From: Eledone cirrhosa
Taxonomy: Eukaryota
DNA: 64,000 bases
Direction of reading: 5' to 3'
Assembly (NCBI GenBank): GCA_964016885.1
Contig: OZ024741.1
Span: 322,400,001-322,464,000, forward strand
Part shown: piece after piece, positions 38,418-51,678 of the stretch
Layout: each line of letters opens with the position of its first letter
Position numbering within the stretch: position 1 is the stretch's first letter
Position numbers and translations under genes: made by a program
The notes under the pieces: model-generated
Told to the model about the DNA's origin: nothing
Databases searched by the model: none
The model's input: the letters and a program-made list of their open reading frames with translations, nothing else

Positions 38418-40072
38418 CACTATTATTTAATCAGAAGTTTGGGTTTGTGGTCAGGAGTTTGATATTTCGAAATTTTCATATTTTTCAAGAAAAAAACATA
38501 TTTAAAAAAAATTTATCAGTTCATATAATTAAATCAACAGAGTATATATTTATTTATTTTATTACACAAGCTTATCAAAAGCAAACAAGTAAAAACAAAT
38601 AACACTTATAAAGCAACTTATACACGTCAAAAATGACTGGATTTCCTGGATTTGCGGTTGTAGTCCAGGTCGCATTCCCGCACTATCCCCCAGATATAGC
38701 CCCCCATCATTCTTTTCATCGTAGTGGCCCTGGTACCTCCGCTCTATCTCTTTCACATCTTGGTGGAATCGTTCACCTTGTTCTTCTGAGTAGGCACCCA
38801 TATTGTCCTTGAAATTTTCCAGGTGAGCGTCCAGCATATGGAGTTTAAGCGACATCCTGCATCCCATGGCACCAAAAGCCTTTATCAGATCCTGCACCAG
38901 TTGCTGGTAGTTTTCAGCTCTGTAGTTGCCCAGGAAGCCCTTAACAACTGCCTTGAAACAGTTCCATGCTGTTCTCTCAATCCTATTGAGCTTATTGGAG
39001 AACTCGGTAGACTTAAACACCTTCTTTATCTGAGGTCCAACAAAAATTCGACCTTTGATTTTAGCCTCAGATAACTTAGGGAAGAACTCAAGAAGGTACT
39101 TAAAAGCGGCTGATTCTTGGTTGAGAGCCTTCACAAACTGCTTCATCAACCCCAACTTAATGAGCACAATCCTGGGATCAACCAGTGGCTCCCACATGAC
39201 GTTCCGGGTCCCAACTACAAATTCTGTTCGCTGCTCCCAGTTCTTTCTTTTGTAGTGGTCAGAGGTGGCTCTGCTGTCCCAAAGGCAGAGGAAGCATTGG
39301 AATTTGATAAAGCCTCCTTGGAGTCCAAGCAGGAAAGCCACCATCTTGAAGTCTCCAATGATTTCCCAATTGTACTGGTTTTATTGCAGAGCTTCCAAGA
39401 GGACGTTCAGACTGTAGTAATCTTCCTTCAGGCAGACTGAATGAGCTAGGGGCAGTGTCGGGAACTTGTTTCCATTGTGGAGGAGGACAGCCTTCAAACT
39501 TGCGGTTGAGCTGTCTATAAATAGCCGCCACTCTTTGGGCACAAACGGCACCCCAATAACGTCAAACAGTCCAGGCACGTCATGGCAGAAGCAGAGGCCA
39601 TCCCTAAGAGTGTAAAAGCCTGAGAAAGGTTCGTGTCGACTCCTCTGACTTGTCACCTGCACTTCCTCCTTGACCAAGTTCCTCTGCTTCATCCTGGAGA
39701 CGAATGCTTAAAACACAACTTATCCTTTATTCAGGGTGCGAAAATCCAGTATCAATAAATCTCTTTAATCCACTTTTTAACAATTTTATACTTTATTGCA
39801 CTTTTATAATTTTCTTTAGGTATTACTCTTTATTTTATAATTTTAATTTAACCTGAAACATATATAAAAAAAATCATTTAACATAAGCAAATTAAACTTA
39901 CATACAACGTAAAATCCAGCATACAAATAATTCTAGTGAATAGCTTAGAATTTTTACAAACCCAAACTTTTAACTGTTTAATAGCACTTTTTTTTTTATT
40001 TGGGACCTAAGCAACACAAAAAAAGTGATTACAAGTCAGGAACAGAAAAAACATTTTTTTTGCTACACGGTG
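38418..40072 (-). mobile_element. Decayed, internally deleted Chapaev3-like (CMC) DNA transposon
   Basis: Transposase motifs WRLFIDSS..SLKAVLLHNGN, CFLCLWDSRA, IKLGLMKQFVKAL, MSLKLHML, SEEQGERFHQD; CAC...GTG termini. Superfamily assigned from recalled motifs. Confidence 0.75.
38636..39692 (-). pseudogene. Transposase fragment with in-frame stop (39381) and 3' frameshift
   Basis: ORFs 39381-39692 and 38562-39344. Confidence 0.8.
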
Positions 40073-40210
40073 TAATCTATAACTAAACAACTACCCATTT
40101 ATTAAACAAACCGATTAGGAAATTATAATAAATAAAAGTGAACCCCAACATGTGCGTGTGATTTTTATTGGCGGCATGACCCCCTCCAACACAAAGTATA
40201 ACAATATATA

Positions 40211-40415
40211 TATAATTAGTTAAAACAGTGTTTTATAGGCGCTTAAGTTTCGTTGGGTTATGCACCCGAACTCATTCAGCCCGAATGAGTTGGGGTGCAT
40301 AACCCAACGAAACCGAAGTACCTGTATATGTCACTGTTGTCTAACTAATTATACTTAACTCGTCCTATGGACTGAGTGGAGTTACCCTTGGATATTTCTA
40401 CGAAACCTTTCTATA
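40211..40415. mobile_element. Fold-back of an HHR-containing PLE-like end (arms 40211-40278 and 40281-40353)
   Basis: C(T/C)GAATGA-GTTGGG-GTGCATAA-CCCAAC-GAAA in both orientations, head to head. Confidence 0.7.
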
Positions 40416-40447
<32 letters not shown>

Positions 40448-40635
40448 GAACTTTACAACACCACCTGCCTCTTTGAGGTCAAATACCAACCCTACTAGCA
40501 CCTACAAACTGACCAATGAGAATTAAGACTATTCCTGCTGACAACATTAAATTATCCCTAACAAGCTCATATGTCCTAAGGCTCTGATACCATCAACACT
40601 ATAAACACAGAGCTGGCATATCTAAGAACTGACTA

Positions 40636-40691
40636 ACTGCCTGATGAGGTCATAGCCATTCAATGGTTATCATCGAAATATATATAGCAGT
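40636..40691 (+). ncRNA. Canonical type-I hammerhead in a ~290-bp insert (40448-40738) between (AT)n tracts
   Basis: ACTGC-CTGATGA-GGT-C-ATAGCCAT-TCA-ATGGTTAT-C-ATC-GAA-ATATATAT-A-GCAGT, then AATAAA. Confidence 0.85.
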
Positions 40692-41137
40692 AAATAAAGG
40701 ATTATGAGTTCATGCAATTGACTTATGTTTTCGTCACTATATATATATCATGGGGTTGTATGTGTGTAGTGAGAGAACTCAATACCATAATTATAGAATT
40801 AATGGTTTAATTAGGTCAACTGAAGCCAATGCTGGATTTAGTTGAGTGAGTTAAATTATATATCTATGTGTATGTGACGGATAGATTCAATGGAATACAG
40901 CTGACTTTCAGACATATACATTCGAATGAAAGGGTTAATTTTGAGAGATTACAGGCGACCTTCTGGCAGGTATATTCGGCGGACATAGGCACTGAAAGGG
41001 TTCAATTTGATAATGTACAGGTGAAATTCTGACAGGCATATTCGACTAACATTCAGATTGGTTAGATTTTCCGCATTGAAGATTTCTAACTTATCTGGCA
41101 TTACATCTGGTGGGAGAATTGCCGGGAGAAAATGAGG

Positions 41138-41176
<39 letters not shown>

Positions 41177-41212
41177 ATGGTGATGCTGGTGTTGGTGGTG
41201 ATCGTCGTCATC

Positions 41213-41269
<57 letters not shown>

Positions 41270-41289
41270 GAGAGAGGGAGTGAGAAGTG

Positions 41290-41321
<32 letters not shown>

Positions 41322-41372
41322 AAGAAGAGAGAGAGAGAGAGAGAGAGTGTGTGTGTGTGTGTGTGTGTGTGT
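41138..41372. repeat. Compound (GTA)n/(AT)n/(GA)n/(GT)n microsatellites
   Basis: Directly visible. Confidence 0.95.
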
Positions 41373-41599
41373 GCTGAGTCTGAAGAGACCACACATGGGG
41401 AGATGCAATGTGGGTATAGAGATAGGTATAATCCCAACCGCGGCGCCAATTAGTTTTCGCTTGTGTTTTCAGAAGCGAGGCTAAATTTGATATATTTTAG
41501 CAATCTTTTCATTGAGATGTTTTGTATTTCAGTAGCAAATAATTTATTTCCTGCATACACACATGGAGATACATATATATGCCCACTCACACACACACA

Positions 41600-41712
<113 letters not shown>

Positions 41713-41814
41713 TCCAAGAGATGTCAACATGAATGGACCTGTTATTTTTATCTAAAGACATTTTTTCCAATTCCACCCCACCCGTCCATACAATCTATCT
41801 AATTTCTCATTCTT

Positions 41815-41850
41815 TCTTCTGATGAAAGACTAGCGTCCGAAACGTTAAGA
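41815..41850 (+). ncRNA. Minimal type-I hammerhead motif
   Basis: TCTT-CTGATGA-AA-GAC-TAGC-GTC-C-GAA-ACGT-T-AAGA; palindromic stem III. Confidence 0.75.
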
Positions 41851-41956
41851 CCATCTTCCTGCTATTTCAAACGTTAACCTAATGTATTCCTTCCATGTAC
41901 TGCACTGATTGTATTGTTATTTCTGTTTACCTTTTACACACACACATACACATATG

Positions 41957-42012
<56 letters not shown>

Positions 42013-43088
42013 AAAATAATTTGAAAACTTGAACGCAAGAATAGCTGTTAAAACAGCTAAGCGCAATCAATGACAGCATCCAACGTGGGTAAAGATAGCT
42101 CAAAGGAGAGAAATTCGCGCGAAATCGCAGCCCTGTTTGAGAGCTGAGGAGGTCAGATGAATTTGTGAATTTTGTATTGTTAATTTCAACTCTTATTGTC
42201 ACCCAATTCTACATTTGTTTTCTTATCACTACAACATGTTAATACACTTCTCCTTCTTTACCTACTCTGCCAATATGTTCTATGTTTCATCTGCCTGTCA
42301 CTCACCTCGCACGTTTCTCTTTACCGACCACTGGCCACTGATTTCCTTACTTTGAAGTTTTTTTACCAGACATGCATGTCATTGATGGCATTTGGGTGTT
42401 TTAGCAACCATTCTTGTTTGTAACACAAAGGTATTAACCATGGAATTTTTTAAATTTTAGATGTAATGTGTTTGAGATGTGTATAGTTTAAAAATATGTG
42501 TTTGGTAATACATCTGTGTTACCCCCAACATATACATCTATATACGAACTCCAATATAAAAATTCTTGAATGACAATAACCTATCTAATTTAATTACGTT
42601 TTTTGCATTATACTTTACACAACATCTATCCATTTTATCACCCTATATCTCTCTACCATATTGCATGCCATTTAAACAATTTTAAACATTTCTAACACTT
42701 TTAATATGCATTTACATTCTATATGAAATATGTTTGATTCATTTATTATATAACTCTTACCTCATGCATGCCTTATTAATTTTATTAACTTTTGCCTTAT
42801 ATACCCTTAACATTACCTGCTTTTCAATGCTATGATATCTTTTATCTATCTTATCTTACATCTTTTTTGCTTGTATCTTTTGCACATGTATTACCTCAAA
42901 CAATATCATTATATATAATATGCTCAAGTCACTTTTCACCATTGCTCCTTATACTGTGTTTTCTGTAGCATAACAACCTTTTGTAACTCCTGCTTTTTAA
43001 TATGATGTCACTGACACTGGCAATAGTTATGTATCTATATAAATGTTCTGCAGACTAGGATTTTAATTACCCGTTTAAACATTCTCTA

Positions 43089-43135
43089 TGCTCCGATGAC
43101 TCCAGACATTCGTCTGGAAGAAACAATTGTCAGCA
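43089..43135 (+). ncRNA. Type-I hammerhead (U4C variant) near the 3' end of a ~1.25-kb T-rich insert (~42010-43262)
   Basis: TGCT-CCGATGA-C-TCCAGAC-ATTC-GTCTGGA-A-GAA-ACAATTGT-C-AGCA; palindromic stem III. Confidence 0.8.
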
Positions 43136-43364
43136 ATTAAATGTATTAAACTAAGATTTGATTGTTTTATATTTTGTATCTCGGCTCTGTAATACATTTG
43201 ATAATTTACATTGAGTCTTTTCTCTTACCGGTAATTGGCTAGTGCTTAGTACTACCCTTCATATTTATAATTATATATATGCCATATATAAGTATAAATA
43301 TTATTATTATTACTATATATACATATGCATCATATATATATACGCATTATATATATATATACGC

Positions 43365-43398
<34 letters not shown>

Positions 43399-43420
43399 TT
43401 ATATATACGCATTATATATA

Positions 43421-43456
<36 letters not shown>

Positions 43457-43491
43457 TATATATATAATATATATTACATATATATATTATG

Positions 43492-43543
<52 letters not shown>

Positions 43544-44185
43544 GATTTCTTTATTGGCCAAGGGCTGACATCAAGAAAAACATTACAGACGGCACAGGAC
43601 GGTACAGGACGGTACGATGTGGGTTTTGTGCGTGTAAATATTTTTATTGAAAAGAAAAAAAAGGCATAGAAACATATATATATATATATCATTATCAAAA
43701 AAGGCAAAGGGCGGTGGATTGGCAGTATCGGTAGAGGGTCGGACGCCATGCTTTCCAGCATAGTTACGTCCCTTTACGATCTGAGTTCAAATCCCGCCGA
43801 GGTTGACTTTGCCTTTCATCCTTACGGGGTCGATAGAATAAAGTACAAGTAATGCACTGGGTAATTGCTGGCCTTGTGCCTAAAGTAGAAACAGTTATCA
43901 AAAAAGGCAGATTGTTGTTGTTGTTGTTGTGTGTGTGTGCACATGTTCCATGTTTATACATTTGCACAATTTCAAACCGATTCGACTCAACGTCTGTGAG
44001 AATGTTGTAAATGGTCTAACTTAGGTCAACGACTATTTATTCCATTCAAACTCACCCACAATTATGGAAATAATCGATAAAACTAAATACATGACGCTAA
44101 TAGAATCTGCTTACCTCTCTCTACTCCCCTTCAAATTCGATAAAACTACATACATGCTTACAAACTTCCTTTAGGAACGCCGAAG

Positions 44186-44227
<42 letters not shown>

Positions 44228-44289
44228 ACGTTTGATTTTGAGTGTCGAACGGTCAAACATTTATTTACTTCAATGACAAAGGGAACTTA

Positions 44290-44520
44290 ACTCTCGCCCA
44301 TATCACACCCCTCCCTACTGTCTTACATTTAGAAAACATATCCTCTATGAGGTCACTAAACCTGCTAGAAACAGCAGCTAACTCTCCCCCATATCACATC
44401 ACTCCCTACTGTCTTAAATTTAGAAAACATATCCTCTATGAGGTCACTAAACCTGCTAGAAACAACAGCTAACTCTCCCCATATCACACCCCTCCCCACT
44501 GTCTTGAATTTAGAAAACAC
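44290..44520 (+). repeat. ~91-bp tandem repeat, about 2.5 copies (SINE-tail-like)
   Basis: aactctccccatatcacac..ccctactgtctt..atttagaaaacatatcctctatgaggtcactaaacctgctagaaaca.cagct repeated. Confidence 0.85.
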
Positions 44521-44787
44521 ACATTAGACAACCATGCAAAACAACTCCATCGCAGCTCTGTTTTTCGGCTGGCATCGTCTACGCGCGTGTTGCGCAAGTA
44601 CTGTGAAACAATAAATTTCAACACTTCTTTGCACAGAGATAATATCCATAGGCGAAACTACAATTGTCACTGCTGGTGCAGCTCCTGCTTTGGCAGTCCA
44701 GGTCTGCAATTCATTCACCCAGTGCCTGGCAGACAAAAAAGTGCTGCCATAAAATGGGTGGTGCAACCTAACTTTGGTAACTTACTG

Positions 44788-44817
44788 ACCCCGAGCAACG
44801 CTGGGCTTTAATGCTAG
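44788..44817 (+). mobile_element. Helitron-like 3' terminus
   Basis: CCCGA-GCAACG-CTGGG imperfect hairpin followed by CTAG|T, exactly where the LINE 3' UTR resumes. Confidence 0.5.
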
Positions 44818-47086
44818 TAAACAATAAAAATGAAAATTGAAACAATGAAATATTCCCCAATAGGGGGGGGGAAAACCTCCGAGGGTTACTCGTGGCGAAA
44901 ACCACACAAAAGACCACGGCAACCCTGACCACCAGGGCAAGCGCCCTCTATCAATTTTTCCATTTCTCAAACTACACACGTATATTCAGACCGGTCCCGT
45001 TCACTCGGACCATTCTCACTACATTCACCCACCTTTCAACAAACTTGCTAGAAAGCAGCACTTGCCTCTCTACCCTGATTTTCCTCTTCAAGTGAAACTT
45101 GAAAAAGTTAATTAGGGATTCGCCGAAGAGGAAAGTGTCTGTCTTTAACCCTTTCAACCTTGTCCACCACACAATCTCTTTCCCATGGCCACCAGGCAGA
45201 TGAAAACCGCCTGCCTTTCCTCCTCTAAGGAAGACGGCGAGACTATCTGCACAATGGACTCAGTCGATAAACGGATCAGTCCTACACGCGACAGCAACTG
45301 TTCGACATAGCTCTACAAGTCAGCAATGCTCGGGCACTGAACGAGTGCGTGCACGACGGTTTCGTCGCTCTGCGCACATCTCGGACAGACTCGGCTGACG
45401 GCACTTCCGTGCCTGTAGAGCTTATCTCGAACCGGCAGCGCTCCCCGGTAGCACTGCCAGGCCAGGGATTTTTGGAAGTTATCCATAGGCCCTGGGCTGA
45501 AAGTTCTCCGGAAGAGAGCAAACAGCTGATCTTCTTCGACGCCCAGGACCTCTCCGAGAACGTCGTCGCTCTTCCCCTCCACTAGTCCTCTATAGAACGC
45601 CGAGGTGGATGTTCCACCGATACTAGTGCCCAGCTGGCAGATGGCAGTGAGCGCCTGGAGACATTCCAGTTTCCAAGCGCTATCCCTCGGTCTTTTTCTG
45701 ACCCAGGACTGCAGCTCCGTAAGGAGACGAGCTGTGGGAAAACGTGTCTAGCGAACGGCGACCACACCTGTTCACCGTCAAGGAAGCACCAGAGATGTCG
45801 CAGCCTTAGCGCATGTTTGCGCATCATCAGCCATGGCATGCCCAGTCCTCCACGCAACGGGTGTTGACAGCAGATGGATCGTCTGACCATGGGAGCGCGT
45901 CCCTTCCACAAAAAGCGGAAGAGGAGGCGCTCCATTTTGGTGAGAGTTGGGCGGGGGCAAGGGACGACGGTGAGGCGGTAGCAGATGACGAATGCGATGT
46001 ACGCATTCGCCACCTCCGCCCGGCCTTTCAGGGACAGCTCCCTTTCGGCCCATTTCTGGGTGAGGGAGGCCACCTTGCTCGTCACCTCGTTCCAGTTTTT
46101 CTCCATTTGGAGGTCCGGTCCGAACCAGACCCCGAGCAATTTAACCGGTCCGTCCATCCAACGCCCCACGACGCTGTCGGACGGCATGGACTTGCCTCTC
46201 CAGGGGCCGAGCTGCAAGCCCACCGACTTTTCCTGGTTTATCTTTGCTCGTGTCACCGCTTCGTATTCCTTGAGAGCGGTGCCGAGCATCTGGACGTGTC
46301 TGGTGCTCTACACCACCACGGTGAAGTCGTCGGCGTAAGCCGACTCGGATTTCCCGCATCCTAGTTCGCGTGAGACGCCCCTCATCGCCCCCAGTTTGTG
46401 CAGTAACGGATCGAGAGCCAATACGTACAAAAGGGACGAGAGGGGACAACCCTGGCGGACTGAGCGCATGATGCTGAACGGCTGCGACAGGTGACCGTTC
46501 ACCCTCACAACTGAGCAGATGTCGCTGTACATCGCAGCGATCCAACCCCTGAAAACGGGCCCGAAACCGGCTGCCTCGAGGACCGCCGCCAGGTACCGAT
46601 GGTCGACCCTATCGAATGCTTTGAATTGATCCAAGTTGATCAAAGCCCCACCCGTGCCAGGTTCCTTAACCACCCTCTCTATGATGTATCGCATGAGGTG
46701 GAGGTTGTCGTGTATGGATCTTTCCGGAATGGCGCATGTCTGCGCCTCTCCCACCAGACCTCGGCAACAAGCGCCAACCTCGTTGCTAACACCTTGGCCA
46801 AAATCTTGAACTCTGTGTTTAGCAAGGTTATGGGCTTGAAGTTATCAATAACATCCCCCGTGTTTGAGTCTTTTCTCAGCAGCGCCACCGTTCCAAGACT
46901 CACAAAACTGGGAATGCTCCCGTTCTGCTGCTAGTTGCAGTAGACGTCTGCCAAGAGGTCACCGAACAAGTCTGGCATAAATGCATAAAGCTCGTAGGGC
47001 AGACCATCCAAACCTGGCGATTTACCCCTCGTGCAGTTAGCCATCGCTTCCCGTATTTCACCGGCTGTTATTGGCTTTTTGATAAT

Positions 47087-50000
47087 CGTTTAATTATGGG
47101 CCACAAGGGCTAACACGAAGAAAAACATTAGAGAATGCACAGAACAGTACAGGACGATACAAACTGGGTTTTGGTCGTGTAAACAGGTTATATCAAAATT
47201 GGGCTAGAAATCAAAAAGATTCAAACAACAAAAATTCCCCAAGAAGGGGGAAACCTCCGAGTGTCACTCGTGGTGGAAACCACACAAAAGACCACGGCCA
47301 CCCTGACCACCAGGGCAAGCGCCCTCTCTCACTTTTCCCATTCCTCAGTCTACAGGCGCATACTCAGAGCGGGCCCGTTCACTCGGACCAGACTCGCCAC
47401 TTTCACCCACCTTTCAACAAACTTACTAGAAGACAGCACTTGCCTCTCCACCCTGATTTTCCTCTTCAAGTGAAACTTGAAAAAGATAATCAGGGATTGG
47501 CCGGAGAGGAAAGTGTCCGTCTTCAACCCTTTCAACCTTGTCCACCATACAATCTCTTTCGCCATGGCCACCAGGCAGATGAAAACTGCCTGCCCTTCCT
47601 CCTCTTTAAAGGAGGATGGTGGGCTATCAGCAAATGGGTCGTCTGACCATGGGAGCACGTCTCTTCCACAAAAAGCGGAAGAGAAAGCGCTCCATTTTGG
47701 TCAGAGTTGGGCGGGGGAAAGGTACGACGGTCAGGCGGTAGCAGATGACGGACGCGATATACGCATTCGCCACCTCCACCCGACCTTTCAGTGACAGCCT
47801 CCTCTCGGCCCATTTCTGGGTGAGAGAGGCCACCCTTCTCGTCACCTGGCTCCAGTTTTTCTCCATCTGGAGGTCCAGACCGAACCAAACCCTGAGCAAT
47901 TTAACCGGTCGTTCCGTCCAGCGCCCCACGACGCTGTCGGACGGCATGGACTTGCCTCTCCAGGTGCCGAGTTGCAAGCCCACCGACTTTTCCTGGTTTA
48001 TCTTTGCTCGTGTCACCGCTTCGTATTCCTTGAGAGCTGTGCCGAGCATCTGGACGTGTTTGGTGCGCGACACCACCACGGTGACGTCGTCGGCGTAAGC
48101 TGACATGGATCCCGCAACCCAGTTCGCCTGGAACCCCCCTCATCGTCTCCAATTTGTGCAGTAGCGGCTCGAGGGCCAGTACGTACAAGAGGGACGAGAG
48201 GGGGGCAACCCTGGCGGACCGAGCGCATGATGCTGAAAGGCTGCGACAGGTGACCATTAACCCTCACAATCGAGCAGATGTCGCTGTGCATCGCAGCAAT
48301 CCAGCTCATAAAAACGGGCCCGAAGCCGGCCGGCTCGAGGACCGCAGCTAGGTGCCGATGGTCGACCCTATCAAATGCTTTAGATTGATCCAAGTTGATC
48401 AGGGCCCCACCCGTGCCAGGTTCCTTAACCACCCTCTCTATGATGTATCGCATGAGGTGGAGGTTGTCGTGTATGGATCTTTCCAGAATGGTGCATGTCT
48501 GCGCCTCTCCCACCAGGTCACCAACGACAAGCGCTTTGCTAACACCTTGGCCAAAATCTTAAACTCTGCGTTTAGCAGAGTTATGGGCCTGAAGTTGTCT
48601 ATAACGTACCACTTGTTGGGTATTTTCTGAGCAGCGCCACCGCTCCCCGGCTCACAAAACAGGGAATGCTCCTGTTCTGCTGCCAGTTGCAGTAGACATC
48701 TGCCAAGAGGTCACCGAACAAGTCTGGCATATACGCATAAAGCTCGTAGGGCAGACCACCCAAACCTGGCCATTTACCCCTCTTGCCGTCAGACATCGCT
48801 TCCCGTATTTCAGCTGCTGTTATCGGCTTTTCGCAGCACTGCGCTGCGGTCGTCGAGAGCCGCGGCAGTCCGTCGAGGTATGCACCGAAGTCCATACTCC
48901 GATCCGGCCCGCCGCCGCTCCCGAACAATTGAGAAAAGTGCTGTTGAAAAGCCGCACACATTTGCTCGGGTTCGAGCAACATGCGCCCGTTTTCATCGGG
49001 CAAAGACCGAATTGTGGACTTGTTGCCACGTCGCGCCTCCACCATCCGGGCCCATTGAACGGCTTTCGTCCCCTCGTGTCTTAGAGCACGCGCTCTATCT
49101 CTAACAACGCAGCCTTCATGCTTTGCGTTGAAGAATTGGTCGAGTGCCAATCTCGCCGCAAGCACGTCGGTTGCGATGCCTGTCCTAACGCCTCTTCTAG
49201 ATTTCTAACTAACTCTCCCTCTACTGTATTTTCCTCTATCACTACTCCTTTGCTAAGCCTTATCGATTCTACTCTCATAGCCCTTTTCAGGGTAAACCAC
49301 CACCTGTTGTTGACGATCGCACCCGTCAATGCACGCTTAACTAATTCGCTAATCCCGTCTCTGTAAGCTTTGCGCGTCGGGAACGACGTATTCAGCTTCC
49401 AGTAGCCGGGCCGTTGCCTATGGAGTCTATCTAAGTTAACTTCACAAATTTGTGGTACGTGTAGTCGACTACTTTAAATTGTGGATAACCTACACTAGCC
49501 TTATCTGTTTCCCTACAGAATACCCTATCTAAATACAATCTAGATGACCCGATACGGTTTGCCCATGTCCACATTGGCACATTCGGATCATCCAGTCTAT
49601 ACCTGTCAGACAGTTCAAAACGTCTGAGCAGGTTGTTGAGGCTTTTACACCCTCCTGCCCTGTCTACTAGCCCCTCATAATCCCAGAGTGCATCTAAGAT
49701 ACCGTTCAGGTCGCCCACTAACACTAAAGAGCAGGACGTTCCAAGAAATGTCTCTAGACCTCTAAAGAAATCTGGCCGTCCTGTCCCTGTTGGTGTTGGT
49801 GGGGTGTAGTAGTTTTTTTCTGTGATGTCTGTGTGCTGCTTTATATGTTGTAAGAGTTCTTTATTTGCCATGTTTATGGCTGTATACCTTTTTTGGGGAG
49901 GGGTGATTTTGTTGCTGTTTCCGATGTTGGTGTTTTTGGTGATGCTGGTGGTGGTGTGGTTGTTGTTGGTGGGGATCCTGGTGGTGGTGTGGTTGTTGTT

Positions 50001-51657
50001 GGTGGTGATGCTTGTGGTGGTGATGGTGGTGGTGTTGCTGCAAGTCTCCTTGCCGCCTTTACCCCTCTTTGTTTGCCTTCGCTTTTGGAGGGTGCAGCTA
50101 AGGGATATTTTCTTTTTTGTTTTCTGTGGTAGACCGTTTGCCACTCCCCTCCCCGCCTCATACTCCATGTCGGACTCAGTGGCGTCTGGGAGGGGTATGA
50201 GCTCCACTGCTGTTGGTGGTGGTAGTGGAGCCCGCTCCGGTGATTTTGCCACCGGTGTAGCTACTGCTTTAGTTGTCCGTGGCCTTGGTATGGGTGCCAC
50301 GGACGTTGCCCTCCTACTCACCATGGAAGGGTCTTCTGCCCTGTTTCCTGCCCTACTCTTTGTAGCAGCGGATCAAACGTCAGAAGGAGGGGCGGGGCTA
50401 TTCTTGGCTGTCTTCTGTGGGCAGAAGCCTTGAGGTGAACCTTCTGCCCACAGAGATAGTACTTTGGGCGCCTTCCTAACACGATTATAGGGAGTTGGAG
50501 TCCTCCTTCGAGTTCTATGATATCTGGGATAGCCTCGATGAACTCCTGGTCAGGCTGTATTAGCATTTGCATGCCTATTCCTGACCAGTTCTCTCTTCCC
50601 ATTCTCTGTATTTGCAGTATGGTGGTCTTCTCCTCGATACTATCCAGTACAGATGCGGCCAGCCAAGGTATGGGCACGTCGGGCGGGACCTGGGTCACTT
50701 TGACCCTTACAATTTTCTGCTCGTAGTAGGGTTTCCAAAGTGTGAGACTTCGCCTCTTGTGGATGGCGAAAAGTACGTCAACTGTGGCGTACTTTTTGCC
50801 TCAGGTGATGTGGGTTTTGCGCGCCCAGACGCACCCAAGGCCTTTTGGATTTGAGCCTCCATGGCTCTCTCCACCCGATGTTACATTTTGCCTACGGTGC
50901 GGTAAGTCACCGTGCGCAGCTGCTGGTCTTTGAAGAAATCGGGTGGTGGTTTCAGGGAAACTATTTTCATTCCTTGTCACCATGGCTCTTGTGACTGCCA
51001 TCTCCTCCTCCGTGACTAGCACTGTCTCTATATTTCGGCTACTGCTGCTATTGGTCTTGTTGTTGATGCTGTTGCTGTTGCTACTGCTAGAAACGGTGTT
51101 GTTGGTGTTGTTGCTGTTATCACTGTTGTAGTTGGTTGTGTTTTTGGTGCCACCGTTGTTGATGTTTCGGTGCAATTTGTATTGTTGCTGTTGGTGTTGT
51201 CGTTGTTTATTTTCTTGTTAGTGGTGTTAATATCGTTGTTGTCATTTGTTGTCATTTTTTCTCTTGTCTTTATTTTGGTTAACGCTGTTATTGTTGTAGT
51301 TGGTGTGGTATTTTTAAAAAAATTAGTGTTCTCAGTGTTGTTGTCTTTGTTCACGTTGTTTGTGGTGGTGTTTGTTGTATGAATTTCATTAACCCTCCTC
51401 TCAACTTTTACACCGTTGTCACACGACACCAGACATATTGCTGGGGGTGTGGCTCAGCCATGTTTTTTTTTATTTTTTTTTTAATTTTCCAAAGTAAAAT
51501 GTTCAAATATTGTTCAAATATTTGGGCAAAAAGGCCCAAATATTATACTTTCCCCTTCACAGGGCAAAGTCCAACCGCTTATATCCCTTACACAACAAGA
51601 AAAATTAACAAAAAATAATTATAACAGGTAAATAAAGCGACTTACTGAGAGCGAGCC
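47087..51657 (-). mobile_element. Chimeric Tx1/L1-type LINE (copy 5): A-type 5' end, B-like body, two internal deletions
   Basis: 5' UTR and ORF1 start match 9400-9900; NIETVLVTEEE / RKTHIT / WLAASVL match copy 3; deletions at ~49790 and ~47628. Confidence 0.88.
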
Positions 51658-51678
51658 AATAATAATAATAATAATAAT

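Larger units (their letters stand above)
43544..47080 (-). mobile_element. 5'-truncated Tx1/L1-type LINE, B-like (copy 4); 3' UTR split by a ~1.15-kb insert (43674-44817)
   Basis: ORF2 fragments 44972-46903; 43544-43673 plus 44818 onward aligns with the 3' UTR at 47095-47350; (AAT)n at 43498-43540. Confidence 0.88.
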
